Assembly: GCA_964019425.1 (NCBI GenBank)
Contig: OZ025799.1
Location: 992,001 to 1,056,000, forward strand
DNA: 64,000 bases
From: Flectonema sp. DT1601
Taxonomy: Eukaryota
Direction: 5' to 3'
Shown here: positions 51,983 to 64,000 of the stretch, one piece after another
Numbering within the stretch: position 1 is the first letter of the stretch
Layout: each line of letters starts with the position of its first letter
The notes under the pieces: model-generated
The model's database searches: none
Seen by the model: the letters and a program-made list of their open reading frames with translations, nothing else
Told to the model about the DNA's origin: nothing
Position numbers and translations under genes: made by a program

Positions 51983-52919
51983 ATTGTTATTTATTTATTT
52001 ATTTTTTTTAAATGATATTTTTGTTTTAATTTATATTTTTTTTTGGTTAGATTTACTTTATTTATTGTACATTACCGTGATCAAAAAAAATAAAAAAAAA
52101 AATAAAGTTAGAACTAAATTTCTTTTTTGAGAATTAATCTTTCTAAATTCTAACCGAAGCTATGAATAAGACACTATCTTATCCACCTTCCAGTGGTATT
52201 ATTTATTTATTTGCAGTCATTTACTACGCTGACGCTGACAGTCAAGATTGTCGGAGAAATTGTTGTTCCTTTTTGAGCTTAAGAATGCAGTATCAAATTA
52301 CACCCTCGTGGTCATCAAGTAGGTGGCAATGAATTATTGTGAGTTTTTTTTTTCCCCTTCTTAAGAATAATTTCTATTTCTCATGTTCATAATGTCATCA
52401 TTTTATTAAAGGAAAAAAAAAAAAAAAAAAAAAAAAAAAGCTGTTTTTTATGTGTCAGTACTTGCCTCCCAGTTACTTTGTAGCTGCTATTCTGAATCAT
52501 GTTTCTTCTCAGTTTATCCTTTTTACCTATTTTAACGTTATAAAGTTATATTTATTACGGTATATCGAGTTACCCCTATTTGCTCTGAAATAAGTTTTGT
52601 TTTGATTTATCGACAACTTCTCCCTCACTGTTAAAGTTTTTCACTCTCTGATGATAAAAAAAAAAAGAGGAAAACACTAAATCTGTTTTTTATTTTTTTT
52701 TTTATTTTGTCGTACAAAGCGTGTGGCATTACCCATGTTATAAAAAAAAAAAAAAAAAAAAAAAAACTAATACCATATAACACATAATAACTTGCCGTTC
52801 AATTTTGGCTATGAAATCCCAAAGTGATCAAATCGCTTGTTGTCAGCTTTTTCTCTGTTACGGCTGTGTAAAAAAAAAAAAAGACTACTTCACTATAACA
52901 GGAGGAAAGAGACTGATTT

Positions 52920-53070
52920 AAAGGTATGAATGACTCTCGAAACTCTAATTCAGTCACAATGATTGACTGATAGACTCCGACAACATAAACTGATGATGGG
53001 AATAGAGTCGGAACCTAAAATAGTTACTTCAAAAAGGCTAAGCAAAACATCATTATGGTGTATCCTGAGG
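52920..53070 (+). mobile_element. Degenerate copy of the ribozyme-bearing element
   Basis: ttcagtc..gattgact..ctgatgatgggaatagag..aacctaaaatagttactt..catca..gtatcc aligns with 7110-7250. Confidence 0.55.
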
Positions 53071-53164
53071 GGATTGTTGAAGTTTTATTTTTACAATATT
53101 TAAATAAGTAACTTTCTCAGACTCCATTTTATAAAAAAACAAAAAAACAAAAAAATAAAAAAAA

Positions 53165-53893
53165 ATGGGAAACTGCCACGGACAGCCAGAGCACATGGTT
53201 TCAAAGAGATCTATCGCTTGCAAGCCATCGAGCACCACTAGTTCCAATTATCATCATGCTCCACCAGCTAAGAAGACGTTTAGGTATTTATTATTATTTT
53301 TTCGATAATAAAAACAAAATTAAAAAAAACGAAACAATCATACAGAGACTTCCACTGGTTTATAACTATATTAGCAATGAGCCCTCAGGGTAAACAGTTT
53401 CGTAAAACCTCTTCAGAAGGTAAGAAACAAATCAAAGCCACTATCAATGATGTTTCTGAAGCAGTCAACTCATTCGAAGGAAACTCTCCAAAGCAGTGTC
53501 GTCATTACGAAAATTACTGTAACTTACCAGAATGGCGTGATACTCTAAAACAGTATCTCAAGACTGAAGGTATTAGTTTGAAATTTGATTATGAACCACG
53601 TAACTTTATAGAGGCTGATGTATGTACTTTGGGATTGCACTATCTTCTTTTATAAAAAAACAAAAATAAAAAAAACAACACAGGTTCATGAACGTATGGG
53701 ATTATTTAAAAAAGGATACAGATTCACGATCTCATTTTGCGCACCAAGCCAACCAAGTGACGTTAATTATGCGATTTCTACTACTGCGGGATCGCTGTCG
53801 ACATGTCCAACTGGTTTGTCTGGTAATTCGAGTCACGGTTCAATTTGCTACACCAGACGTAGCTCAGCTAATGGCTCAGTTACCTACAATTAA
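53165..53893 (+). CDS. Hypothetical ~200-aa protein with N-terminal MGNC acylation-type motif
   Basis: Exons 53165-53283, 53346-53619 and 53684-53893 join in frame through GT-AG introns. Confidence 0.7.
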
Positions 53894-56131
53894 GATTGTT
53901 ATATCTTAAATTCCGACTTTCTTTATTATTCCTTTCTATCGCTCTCCTTTTTTGGGATTTTTTTTTTTTATCATTTTCAGTTTAGCCAATCCGTCGTGTC
54001 TATGGCTTGTCGGAGTGGCTTCGTTACCCATGACAGCATACATCACCAATTAAGTTAATATTACTAATGTTTGTTCGTTGCTGTTTTTTTTTTTTTTTTG
54101 GGTGATGTGATTTTGAAAAAAAAAAAATGGAACAAAAAGGAGAGTGTATGGGGAAAAAAAAAAAAAAGGCACTCCTTGGTGGAGGGATTTTTCACTAGTT
54201 TTTTTCTTTTGCACGTTTTTTTTTTTTTTTTTTTTTTTTTGTTATTATTTTCTTTTTTTTTTTCAATAGGTAATTTTAATACTTGCATTATAGTTGTTTT
54301 TAAAAGTGTAACATTTTGTTTGCTGTTGTTACACTAAAGCGTGTTTTGTATCTTTTCTCTCTTAAAACCTTGGGGGAGATTATCTAACACATTTACAAAG
54401 CATTTAAAAAAAAAAAAAAAAACTTGGATTTTTTGTCTGGTGTGGGCGTTGAAGTTCCGCAACGGAACAAATTTTTTTTCGTTTTTTTTTGTTTTTTTTT
54501 TGTAAATTTTTTCTATTTCTGTATTGTTACACCCACTGTGGTGTGACACAAATTGGAAAGTTTTGTATTTCCATTTCAGATTCTCGTTATAAAATGGCTT
54601 ATTATGAAAAGACGGTACAGAGAAGAATTAAATAAAATTATTGTTTAAAAAAAAATAAAATGAATAAAAATAAACTGACTATGCCGGCCATCTCGGTTAA
54701 CATGCTAGGGTGTGTGAATGACTATTATTCTCTCTTGTTATGTTTAGTTTTTTTTTTTGTGAGCCCTCCAATGGGGTGGCTAAGGATCCCAATAAAAAAA
54801 AAATCGTTTAGCGATTGTTGGTTTCCGTTTGTTTTTGAAAAAAAACGACTGCTCTGGTCGAGGGTAACACTGTTCTTGTTACTGGCTGTAGAGTAGTATT
54901 AATCAATGTTTTTTTTTTTTTTGGTTAATTAGAGAATAGTGATATGGTTTTTTCTTTTTTTTTGTCGGCGGGTGCACCCCGACAACTACTTGCCCAAAAA
55001 ATTATTTATGTCATCTGCAATTCTCATTCTTTTGAGACTTTCCCTCCTTTTTGCGTGTTATCGTGGAGCTGGCAAAGCGTTAGTTTTTTTTTTAAAATGA
55101 ATTTTTGTTTTTCTCAATTTCTTTCTTTTCTTCTCTTATGTTTTTTCACAAGTGCCTTTTATAGTATTGTGCGTGTTGCTGTGATTTCTTTCTAGCAACA
55201 GTTTTTTTTCTTTTTTTTCTCTTTTTTTGTTGTTGTTTAATTTATTAAGTACTTACATTCCTAGGTGTTAGTATTTCGTGTGTGACCATAGAAGAAGTGA
55301 TTTGGGTGTCCAAAAAAAAAAAAAAAAAAAAAATCACCATAGTCCGCTGTGGTGTAAATGCATAAGTATTTTTTCTTCATTTTTTTTTGTTTTGTTTTGC
55401 AATGCAATACAATGGTCAAACTTATTCCTCTTCAGTCTTCTGCGTCTAAGCACACGTCTCGTAGGATCGATTCCCTCTCGCAGACACTGCTCGTCCTTAA
55501 ACCCCGCAATGTTACCCCATTATAAAAAGCAAAAGGCTGGTGAAACCTTTCATCTATTGTCCTTCAGCTATTGTCAAGAAGGGTCTTTAAGGACGAACGA
55601 CGAGTGGGATCAGCATGTTGAATCACTCAGGTAGGAGTGAGAAGGACAAAAAAGGGGAAAAAAAAAAAAAAACAAAAAAAAAAAAAAAAAAAACAAATAG
55701 AGGGAAGTTGCACTACGAGATTTTCGTTCTTTCTCCTCTCATTTTTATTATTTCTTTTTATAAAATTATCTAAACCAAATAGCATGCAGCGTGGCGGCCA
55801 TCCACAACTGAAGGACAGGCCGATACAGGGAAAACAAATAGAAGGAGGAAATACAAATACACACTTCGGTTTGTGTAGTGTAAAAACGTATTATTTTTCC
55901 TCCAAAACAAAAAGAAACTCAGCAACAGTCGCTCACGATTTACTGGCAAGTGGTGCAAAAATGTACCTGCACGGTATCAAACACAAATATTTAATTACTG
56001 ATTAGTGGGGCGCTACTTGAATTCTTTATAAAGGGAATCAATAGGAATAAAAGTAAAGCTGCGCTGACCTTCCATGTAGAGTCATCTTGTAAAAGTTGAT
56101 ACTACACTTTAGGTTACTTGTGAATGGTTAG

Positions 56132-56165
<34 letters not shown>

Positions 56166-58429
56166 TGCGAAGGGAAAAAAACTACAATAGAAACAAAAAA
56201 ATCTCAATTAGTCCTTCTCTGATAAACAATAATTTTTTTTTTTTGTTTTTTTTTTTGTTTGTTTTGAGAACCTTCGTGCCTCCCCATTCCGAACCATCGC
56301 CTTAAAAAGACAGTATTTAATTAGCATGTGTTTTTGTTTCCCTTCTTTTTGTCGGGTGCTAAAGCAATATCTGACATGCTCCAGTAGAAAAAAAAAAAAA
56401 AAAAAAAAGCTGCTTTCTTGGTCATACAATGTTAGGATGGGTAGATACGAACTTTAAGAAAAAAATAAATAAAAACGAATTTTCATCATCCATTCCCTTC
56501 CCTTCCCTTCCCTTCTTTTCTTTTTTTTTTTTGTGCCTTTGCTTTCGCCGTGCTTTAGCTTTTAGCTTAGTGAGTCCCTTCCTCTTTTGAAATTTCCTTT
56601 ATTTTATTTTTTTATTCTCCTCTTTTTAATCATCACTTCTTCTAGCTTCATTGTATTCCACAAATTATGATGTTATTCAAAAAAAAAAGCTTGTGTACAT
56701 AGCGCTGTGTGCCGAGTTTTTTTCTTCTTCTTCCCACTTCCCCCTTCCCCTAATCTGTTCTCCTCCCTTTGAAAATTTGTGTTTCTTTCTGTTTTTTTAT
56801 TTTGAATTTTTTTTTAATTTTTGTATTCATGTAACTATATATTGTGTTTTGCATGGACGGAAAAAAAAAAAAAAAAAAAAAAAACAAACAGAAGAGGCAC
56901 ATCAATTCCTCTCAAAGTAGGAAGTGGGAACTGCCAACAACTACTAAAAAAAAAAAAAAATTCAGAAAATAGAATCTTGCCCCCGAGCTGCATATGCAGT
57001 GAGTACAATAAGTTGCTGGGAGAGTCTTCAGTATTTCTTTTTAGCTCATTTATTCAGTAGAGTTAAGAATATTATGAGATTCCAGCTTTTCCAGTGCTCA
57101 AGACCTCTGTTGTTTATTCTTTTGAATAAAGTCGGAGTGTTAATTTATTTATTTATTTATTTTTTGTTTATTTATTTGAAAATACCTTGCCAACCCCCGA
57201 CCCTGCCGAGACATGTATGCGGATAAGTTAGAAACATTGATTATAAGTATATTGTAGGGCAAGTACGTCATTTGCAGAGTGTTAGCCTGTATTAACATTT
57301 TAGTCACTTGTGTCATGAGTTTTTTAATTTTATTATTGAGTTCTGATACAAGACAGAGATTTATATTCGTATGAACCTAATCAAACAGTCAACCCCCCGA
57401 CCCCCTGCCCTTCCTTTCTCAATATAGCTATACCATAGCTGAAATTTTTTTTTTCTCCCTTTCTTTTTTTTGTGTTTGAGCTTTTCCACTCATCGTTGCA
57501 AAATGTGTTTTGAAAAGAGTGATATGTAAAAATAAATTATTTCTTTACTCCCATTACCCTTTACTTTCCCCAAGTTACATTATTCCTCTCTGATGTCTTT
57601 TTTATGACAGCAATCGTACTGTAAAAACGTCGAAAAAAGAAATTTAAAAAAAAAAAAAAAAAAAAAAACCTTTTCGTACTTCACAGTATTGAATAAAAGG
57701 GTGTTTTCCTTATCATTCTATTTTGTTAAAATTAAAAAAACAAAACTCAATGGAAGTGATTTTTTTTTTTCAATCTGTAATTTTGTTTTTGTTTAGCAAC
57801 AGACAATATGAATGAATGACAGCTGAAGGGCTGACATAATCTACTGTGAGTTACCTAGCACTCATAATATACAGTAACGTTGGATTAAATAACTAACTAA
57901 CTAATATTTTGTTTGTCTTTACTTTTACTTGTGCGAATGCAGAACGTTGCTCTATCTCTCTTTAGTCCTGTCTTGTTACGCCTAACAACAAGAAATCTTG
58001 GACGGCAGCAGCTCTGTGATCGTGGTTGAATTTTACCTCTCGAAACGCAAATTATTTGTATTTATTTTATTTGTTTTATTATTATTTTTTTTACCTTCAC
58101 ATTGGACGGATCAATTTTCTTGTTTTTTTTTTTTTTGATTCGAACTAATTGTTGGCGGTTCACGTTGCTCACATTTATTCTAATTAGCATTATGTTGTAT
58201 GGTTTTCTTTTCTTTCAAAACTTATTTTGGAAAAATGTAGATGAAGAGTTGCTTAATCTATAATCAATTTTTTCCCCTCCTTCGATTTTTGAAAAAAAAA
58301 AAAAAAAAAAAAAAAAGAGATGGCGGTTGTAAAGCTGCCCTCTTTTTGTAATTTTTTTTTTTTTTTTTTTGAAGTAATTTTAGTCAAAAGGCTGAAATTA
58401 TTTTAAAAAAAAAAGAGAAAAAGTTTCTA

Positions 58430-58467
58430 TTTTGCGAAATCGCCAACTCCTTACAAAAAAGTTTGTC
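58430..58467 (+). repeat. Solo fragment of the MULE-like TIR
   Basis: tttgcgaaatcgccaactccttacaaaaaa matches 5637-5668. Confidence 0.65.
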
Positions 58468-58636
58468 AAAAAAAAAAAAAAAAAAGTATAACCAAAAGGA
58501 TAACTATTATTCCCTCGGTCATTTGTATAAAATAATAAATTTAAATTTTAACTAATAAATTGAGGTGATGGGACAACCTGTTTTAATAGACATTTTTTTT
58601 TCTTCTTCTTTTTTTTCTTTAATTGTAATGGACGCA

Positions 58637-58669
<33 letters not shown>

Positions 58670-59276
58670 ATCACTATTTACAGTTCCTTCTATTTGCGTT
58701 GACTTATTAATTATTATTTTTATTTTTATTTTTTATTTGTTTCTTCTCACAAGATAAGAAGAAACATAACGACATTTTCTTTTTATTTATTTTTTTAAAA
58801 GTAAAAAAAGTATTATTTCTTTCTTTTTTCCTCTTTTTCTTTTAATACATGTTACATTGAATCACAATTTATTTTAGTTCCATATTTCATCCTCTTCTCA
58901 CGATGATGATATCCCCATTTCTATAAGCCTCTACTCTATCTTCAATAAGGACAAAAAAAACAATCGTTCGTATCTTTTAATAGTGTATGTTGCTTTTCTG
59001 TACTACAGGAATTTTTTTTAAAAAAAAAAAAAAGTTCCCCCCAAATTTCTATTTCCATTACTATTTTTTTTTTTTTTTTTTTTTTTTTTTTCCTAGTTTA
59101 TTTGCACTAATATTTATTATTATTATTATTTCAAAATAACTACGACTACGACTACCTTCAGACATACCTGGAGACCCCCCTGCTTCATCTAACTTGCTGT
59201 TGTTGTGGAAGAGGTAAACTTGTGTTATCCAAAATTTTGAATGTAGTAATAACTCTCACCAAGCAGGTTGATCAAA

Positions 59277-62200
59277 ATGACCGATCCAAAAAAAGCATCA
59301 GGGACAGGAGGATATGATGAAGAGTTATATGGAGATAAACAAAAGGGTAATCACCACACGACACTGGCGATGGATGATTCCAGTGACGAGGAAGACGAGC
59401 TTCAAAAAAAATTAAAAAATGAACTTTTAAAAGAAGGCGACACAACTGACGTCTTCGCCGACAAGAGAGCAAAAACAATCGCAGACAGAGAGTCTGATTA
59501 CCAAAAGCGGAACCGATTACTAGCAGCAGAGAGATTCGAACAGGATGGCTCTTACGAAGACAGAATGGCTCGGGTTAAAAAAGATAGAGAACTTGATGAC
59601 GAGCTTACTCGACTAAGGCAGCTTGAGAATGAGAAACCTCAAAAACAAAAAGACGCGCCAGTAGCTGCTCTTCCTGATGCCCAACAAACAAAAAGAAGTC
59701 GATGGGACACTGCCCCAGATCCTGTAGAACCAAAGTCAGAGTGGGATACTGATGATACGACTCCACATCGTAAGAAACGTTGGGATACTCCTACTCCTGG
59801 TCGTAAAACTAATGCAGGTTTGTGTTTAATATTCCCCTCTTAGTGGTACGAGACTAAAATAAAATAAAACAGACGATGATGGCTTTGGATCAATAGCCAC
59901 TCCAGTAGTACCGAGCGGGAAAACTTCTCGGTGGGACGCCCCAGCGACACCAAGAGCAGCAACAGGTGAGGAAACACCAAGTAGATGGGGAGATATTGCA
60001 ACCCCCGCAGTAGGTGGTGGTTCTCAATGGGAAGCAACTCCTGTTAGACAAGATGGGTCTGGTGATGATAAAGTTTGGGATGCAACACCTCAAAGAAAAA
60101 CTTCTGACACCAGCCTGAGATGGGACAGCGCATCTGCTGCCATCCCTTCAACACCTGTCAGTAGTAAATGGGATGACACACCTCTCCAATCAACACCACA
60201 ACAGCAGGCATCATTTGGCCAGACTCCTGGTTCTGGTTTTGGTCAGACTCCAGTTGGAAACTTCGGTCAAACACCCGTCGGTGGGGGGGCTGTGTTTTCA
60301 GGCGTCACACCTGACGGATACAATCAAATGAAGTTTGTGATTATTATTTTTATTTATTTATTATACCTTTTACACAAGAAAGCCGTAACAAACAACCAAC
60401 AGATACGCAGACGAAATGAACAGCAGGAATGCCCCACTCTCAGATGAAGACCTTGATCAGGTACTTCCATCTGAGGGGTATAAAATTCTCGCAGTACCTG
60501 ACTCTTATAAACCGATTACACCTGCGAGGAAGTACAGCTCTACACCAGCACCTTTTGGATCGGGAGGTGGTTTTACGATGCCGGAAGCAGAGCAGGCTAC
60601 TGCCAGTTCTACTCGAGTTGACATCAGAGATTTAGGACCCGACTTACCATCACTAAAACCTGACGACTACAATCACTTCTCTGCTCTTCTTCACGCTAAA
60701 CCAGAGTCGGAAATGACTAAGGAAGAAGCAAAAGATATTTGGGTAATGCGCCTCCTATTAAAGGTTAAAAACGGAACTCCACAACAGCGAAAATCAGCAC
60801 AAAAAACTCTCACTCAGAAGGCGAGATGGTTTGGAGCTGGTAGGCTCTTTGATCAGATCCTTCCTTTGTTGATGTCACCCACATTAGAAGATCAGGAAAG
60901 ACATATTTTAGTTAAATTAATTGGTAGAATCTTATTTAAATTAGAATCATTAGTCAAACGTTATGTTCATAAGATTCTAGTCGTGATAGAACCGATGCTC
61001 ATTGATGAAGACAGTTACGCTCGTATGGAAGGACGTGAAATGATAAGTAACTTAAGCAAAGCAGCAGGAATGGCTACCATGATCCAAACGATGAATCCTG
61101 ACATCGACAGCGTTGATGAACATGTTCGGAATACAACTTCCAGAGCTGTTGCCGTTGTTACTTCTGCTTTAGGAATTGTTCCTTTATTACCGTTTTTAAG
61201 AGCTGTCTGCAAAGCAAAAAAGAGTTGGCAAGCCCGTCACACTGGTGTAAAGATAATTCAACAAATCGCCATGCTGATGGGAGCAGCAATATTGCCGCAC
61301 TTGAAATTATTAGTTGACTGTATTGCCGGAGGTCTCAGAGACGAACAACCAAAAATTAGAACCATGACATGCCTTAGTTTGGCTGCTTTAGCTGAGGCTG
61401 CTCACCCTTACGGAATAGAAGCATTTGACAGTGTCTTGCGTCCTCTATGGACGGGTACTCAAGAGCTTCGAGGTAAGCCTTTAGCTGCAGCTTTAAAAGC
61501 GATTGGATTTATAATTCCACTTATGGATGAAAAGAGTGCTCCTGCCTACACTAAGGCAGTGGTTGATATTCTGATTGGAGAGATGAAGAGTCCTGATGAA
61601 GATATGAAAAAAATAGTACTAAAAGTAACCAAACAATGTATTGAGACCAGAGGTGTTGAGAGAGGTTATGTTCGAACTGCGATTAGTCCTCATTTTTTTA
61701 GAAATTTTTGGGTCAAGAGAATGGCACTAGACAGACGGAACTATCTCTCTTTAGTAGAGACAACAACATCAATTGCGAACAAGGTTGGAGCTACTGAAGT
61801 GGTGGAACGCATCGTCGACGATCTAAAAGATGAAAACGAAGCCTATCGTAAAATGGTCATGGCAACCATTCACAAGGTAGTCGAGACAATGGGAACTTCT
61901 GACATTTCTTCCAAACTTGAAGAAAAACTAATCGACGGAGCGATTTATGCATTCCAAGAACAGTCTTCTGAAGAGACAGATGATGTCATCCTTTTGGGTT
62001 TCGCAGCAATCTTGAATGCTCTTGGAACTCGTGTTAAGGCATACATCCCTCAAATAGCTGGAAATATTAAATGGAGATTAACATACAAAGAACCTGCTGT
62101 GAGACAACAAGCAGCAGACTTGGTTTCTAAAATATGTAACGTCATTAAAGCCTGCGATGAGGATGTCACTCTCGGTCACTTAGGTGTTGTTCTGTACGAG

Positions 62201-63701
62201 TATTTAGGTATAGCTCCCCCCATCCCTTTTTTTTTTTTAATTCAGATCAACAGCCTATCTATTATTGCCGTGAGGCTTCCTACTAAAAGACAACAACAAC
62301 AACAACAACAACAGGTGAGGAATACCCAGACGTATTAGGATCTATACTAGCAGGTATTAAGGGAATTGTTAACGTTATAGGAATGAATCGAATGACTCCT
62401 CCGATAAAAGATTTGCTTCCGAAATTAACTCCAATTTTAGACAACAGACACGAGAAAGGTATGCATCTGATTTTTCTTTTTCTTCTCTCCCTTTCTTCGT
62501 CACTCTCCGCGCTGTTTGTCTCTGGGCTCGCAGATGTCAAGCTTTTTTTTATGCGTTGTGTTCCATCCTTTTCGTGTGGGATGCGACCTGGTTTTTTTGT
62601 TTCATTTTTGTGGCCTTGGAATCGCTGCTTTCGGGAGAAAAAAAAAAAAAAAAAAAAAAAACAGTTCAAGAAAATTGTATTGATTTAGTGGGTCGAATAG
62701 CAGACAGAGCGTCTGAAGCTGTTCCTGCGAGAGAGTGGGCGAGGATATCTCAAAAATTGATTGATTTACTGAAGGCTCACAAAAAAGCAATTCGTAGAGC
62801 AGCAGTCAACACCTTTGGATACATCGCTAAAGCTATTGGGCCTTTAGATGTCATGACCACGCTACTTAATAATTTAAAGGTTTGTTTATTAAGAAGTCTG
62901 AAACACTTAAAAATCCGTTATCAAGATTTTAGTTACCATTCAACACACAAAACAGGTACTCGAACGACAACAACGAGTCTGTACCACCATCGCAATCGCT
63001 GTAGTGGCTGAAACATGTAACCCATTCACTGGTTTGTCTTTTTTCCCCTTAATTAGGTGTTTTAAAAAAAAAAAGAAAAAAAAAAAAAAACAAACAGTCA
63101 TCCCTGGACTAATGAACGAGTATCGAGTACCAGAGAAGAACGTTCAAAATGGTGTTCTGAAGGCTTTTTCATTCCTCTTTGAGTACATCGGAGAGTTGGG
63201 TAAAGATTATTGTAATTCAGTTATTCCGCTTTTGGAAGATGCTCTGATGGATAGAGACGTGATTCACAGACAGATAGCCTGCAATGTTGTTAGGCATATG
63301 GCTCTTGGTGTGGTTGGACTTGATTGTGAACCTGCTTTACTACATTTATTAAATTTTGTGTGGCCGAACGTCTTTGAATCACTCCCACATACGGTCAACT
63401 CCTGTGTTGAGGTATTATTTATTTCATTTTTTTTCTTATCTACAAAAAAAAATATTATCAACACAAAAAAAAATCACCACAGGCAATTGAGGCATGCAGA
63501 GTCTGCTTGGGTCCGAGTATCATAATGATGTACACTTTGCAGGGATTGTTTCATCCAGCGAGGGACGTTAGAGAAATCTATTGGAAAATATACAACAATA
63601 TTTATATAGGATGCCAAGACGCCTTAGTACCAGCACTACCTCGTCTTGAGGATGATAGCACCAACCACTACAGTATAACTGAGCTTGATACCTTTATCTA
63701 A
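59277..63701 (+). CDS. SF3B1: Splicing factor 3B subunit 1
   Basis: Exons 59277-59817, 59873-60332, 60403-62207, 62315-62458, 62665-62879, 62956-63031, 63098-63411, 63483-63701. RWD-TP repeats and HEAT motifs [49 protein letters not shown]. Confidence 0.97.
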
Positions 63702-64000
63702 AGTTGGAAAAGAAAAAAAAAACAATTGTGAGTGGTTTTGGAAAAAAAAAAAAAAAAAAAATAATCATAAAATTATTGTGAGGTAATTCATACTTTAAAA
63801 GGGGTCCAAGTATGATTGTTATTTTGTTATAGGTTGTTTTTTTTTTTTTTTTTCCCCTTTCTTGTTTATTTAACAAGATTAAAAAAAAAAAATATTTTTT
63901 TACAATTGAACTGTGAGCACCGATCCATGAAAGTTATTACATTTTTCTTTTTATTTTACCTTCAGACAAGCTCTATGTGTCGGTCAGTCTTATGTATTTT

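Noticed and set aside
52920..53020. A second active hammerhead
   Set aside because: Core motifs are present but stems I and III do not pair convincingly. Treated as degenerate.
54000..59100. Short ORFs in the intergenic region
   Set aside because: Poly-K/F translations of A/T homopolymer tracts with no recognisable domain.
60416..62207. Substitutions at SF3B1 hotspot residues explaining the odd introns
   Set aside because: The equivalents of E622/R625 (EHVRNT), H662/K666 (RHTGVK) and K700 (DEQPKIR) appear conserved.

Overview
AT-rich eukaryotic (protist-like) genomic window. The LSU rRNA fragment resembles euglenozoan sequences as I recall them, but the host is not verified. Bases 1-43.6 kb are a nest of mobile DNA. 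The backbone is a satellite-bearing repeat with one fixed, hairpin-containing end (8 end copies), plus a 1.39-kb tandem repeat and a 32-bp satellite. Inserted into it are two Mutator-like TIR elements with 9-bp TSDs (one carrying a 28S rRNA fragment), CATA-ended TIR elements, tRNA-like Pol III cassettes, and retroelement relics (gag-like ORF, USP/RNase H ORF, HERO-like endonuclease). One TSD-flanked retro-insert carries a candidate hammerhead ribozyme whose strands are arranged as two kissing hairpins, a topology that is not type I, II or III. Bases 43.7-64 kb are genic: an ankyrin-ART-NACHT-pentapeptide-WD40 NLR-like gene, a PQ-loop transporter, a small acylated protein and an 8-exon SF3B1. 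The introns have A/C-rich rather than polypyrimidine 3' ends. All calls come from reading the sequence; no searches or folding programs were run.
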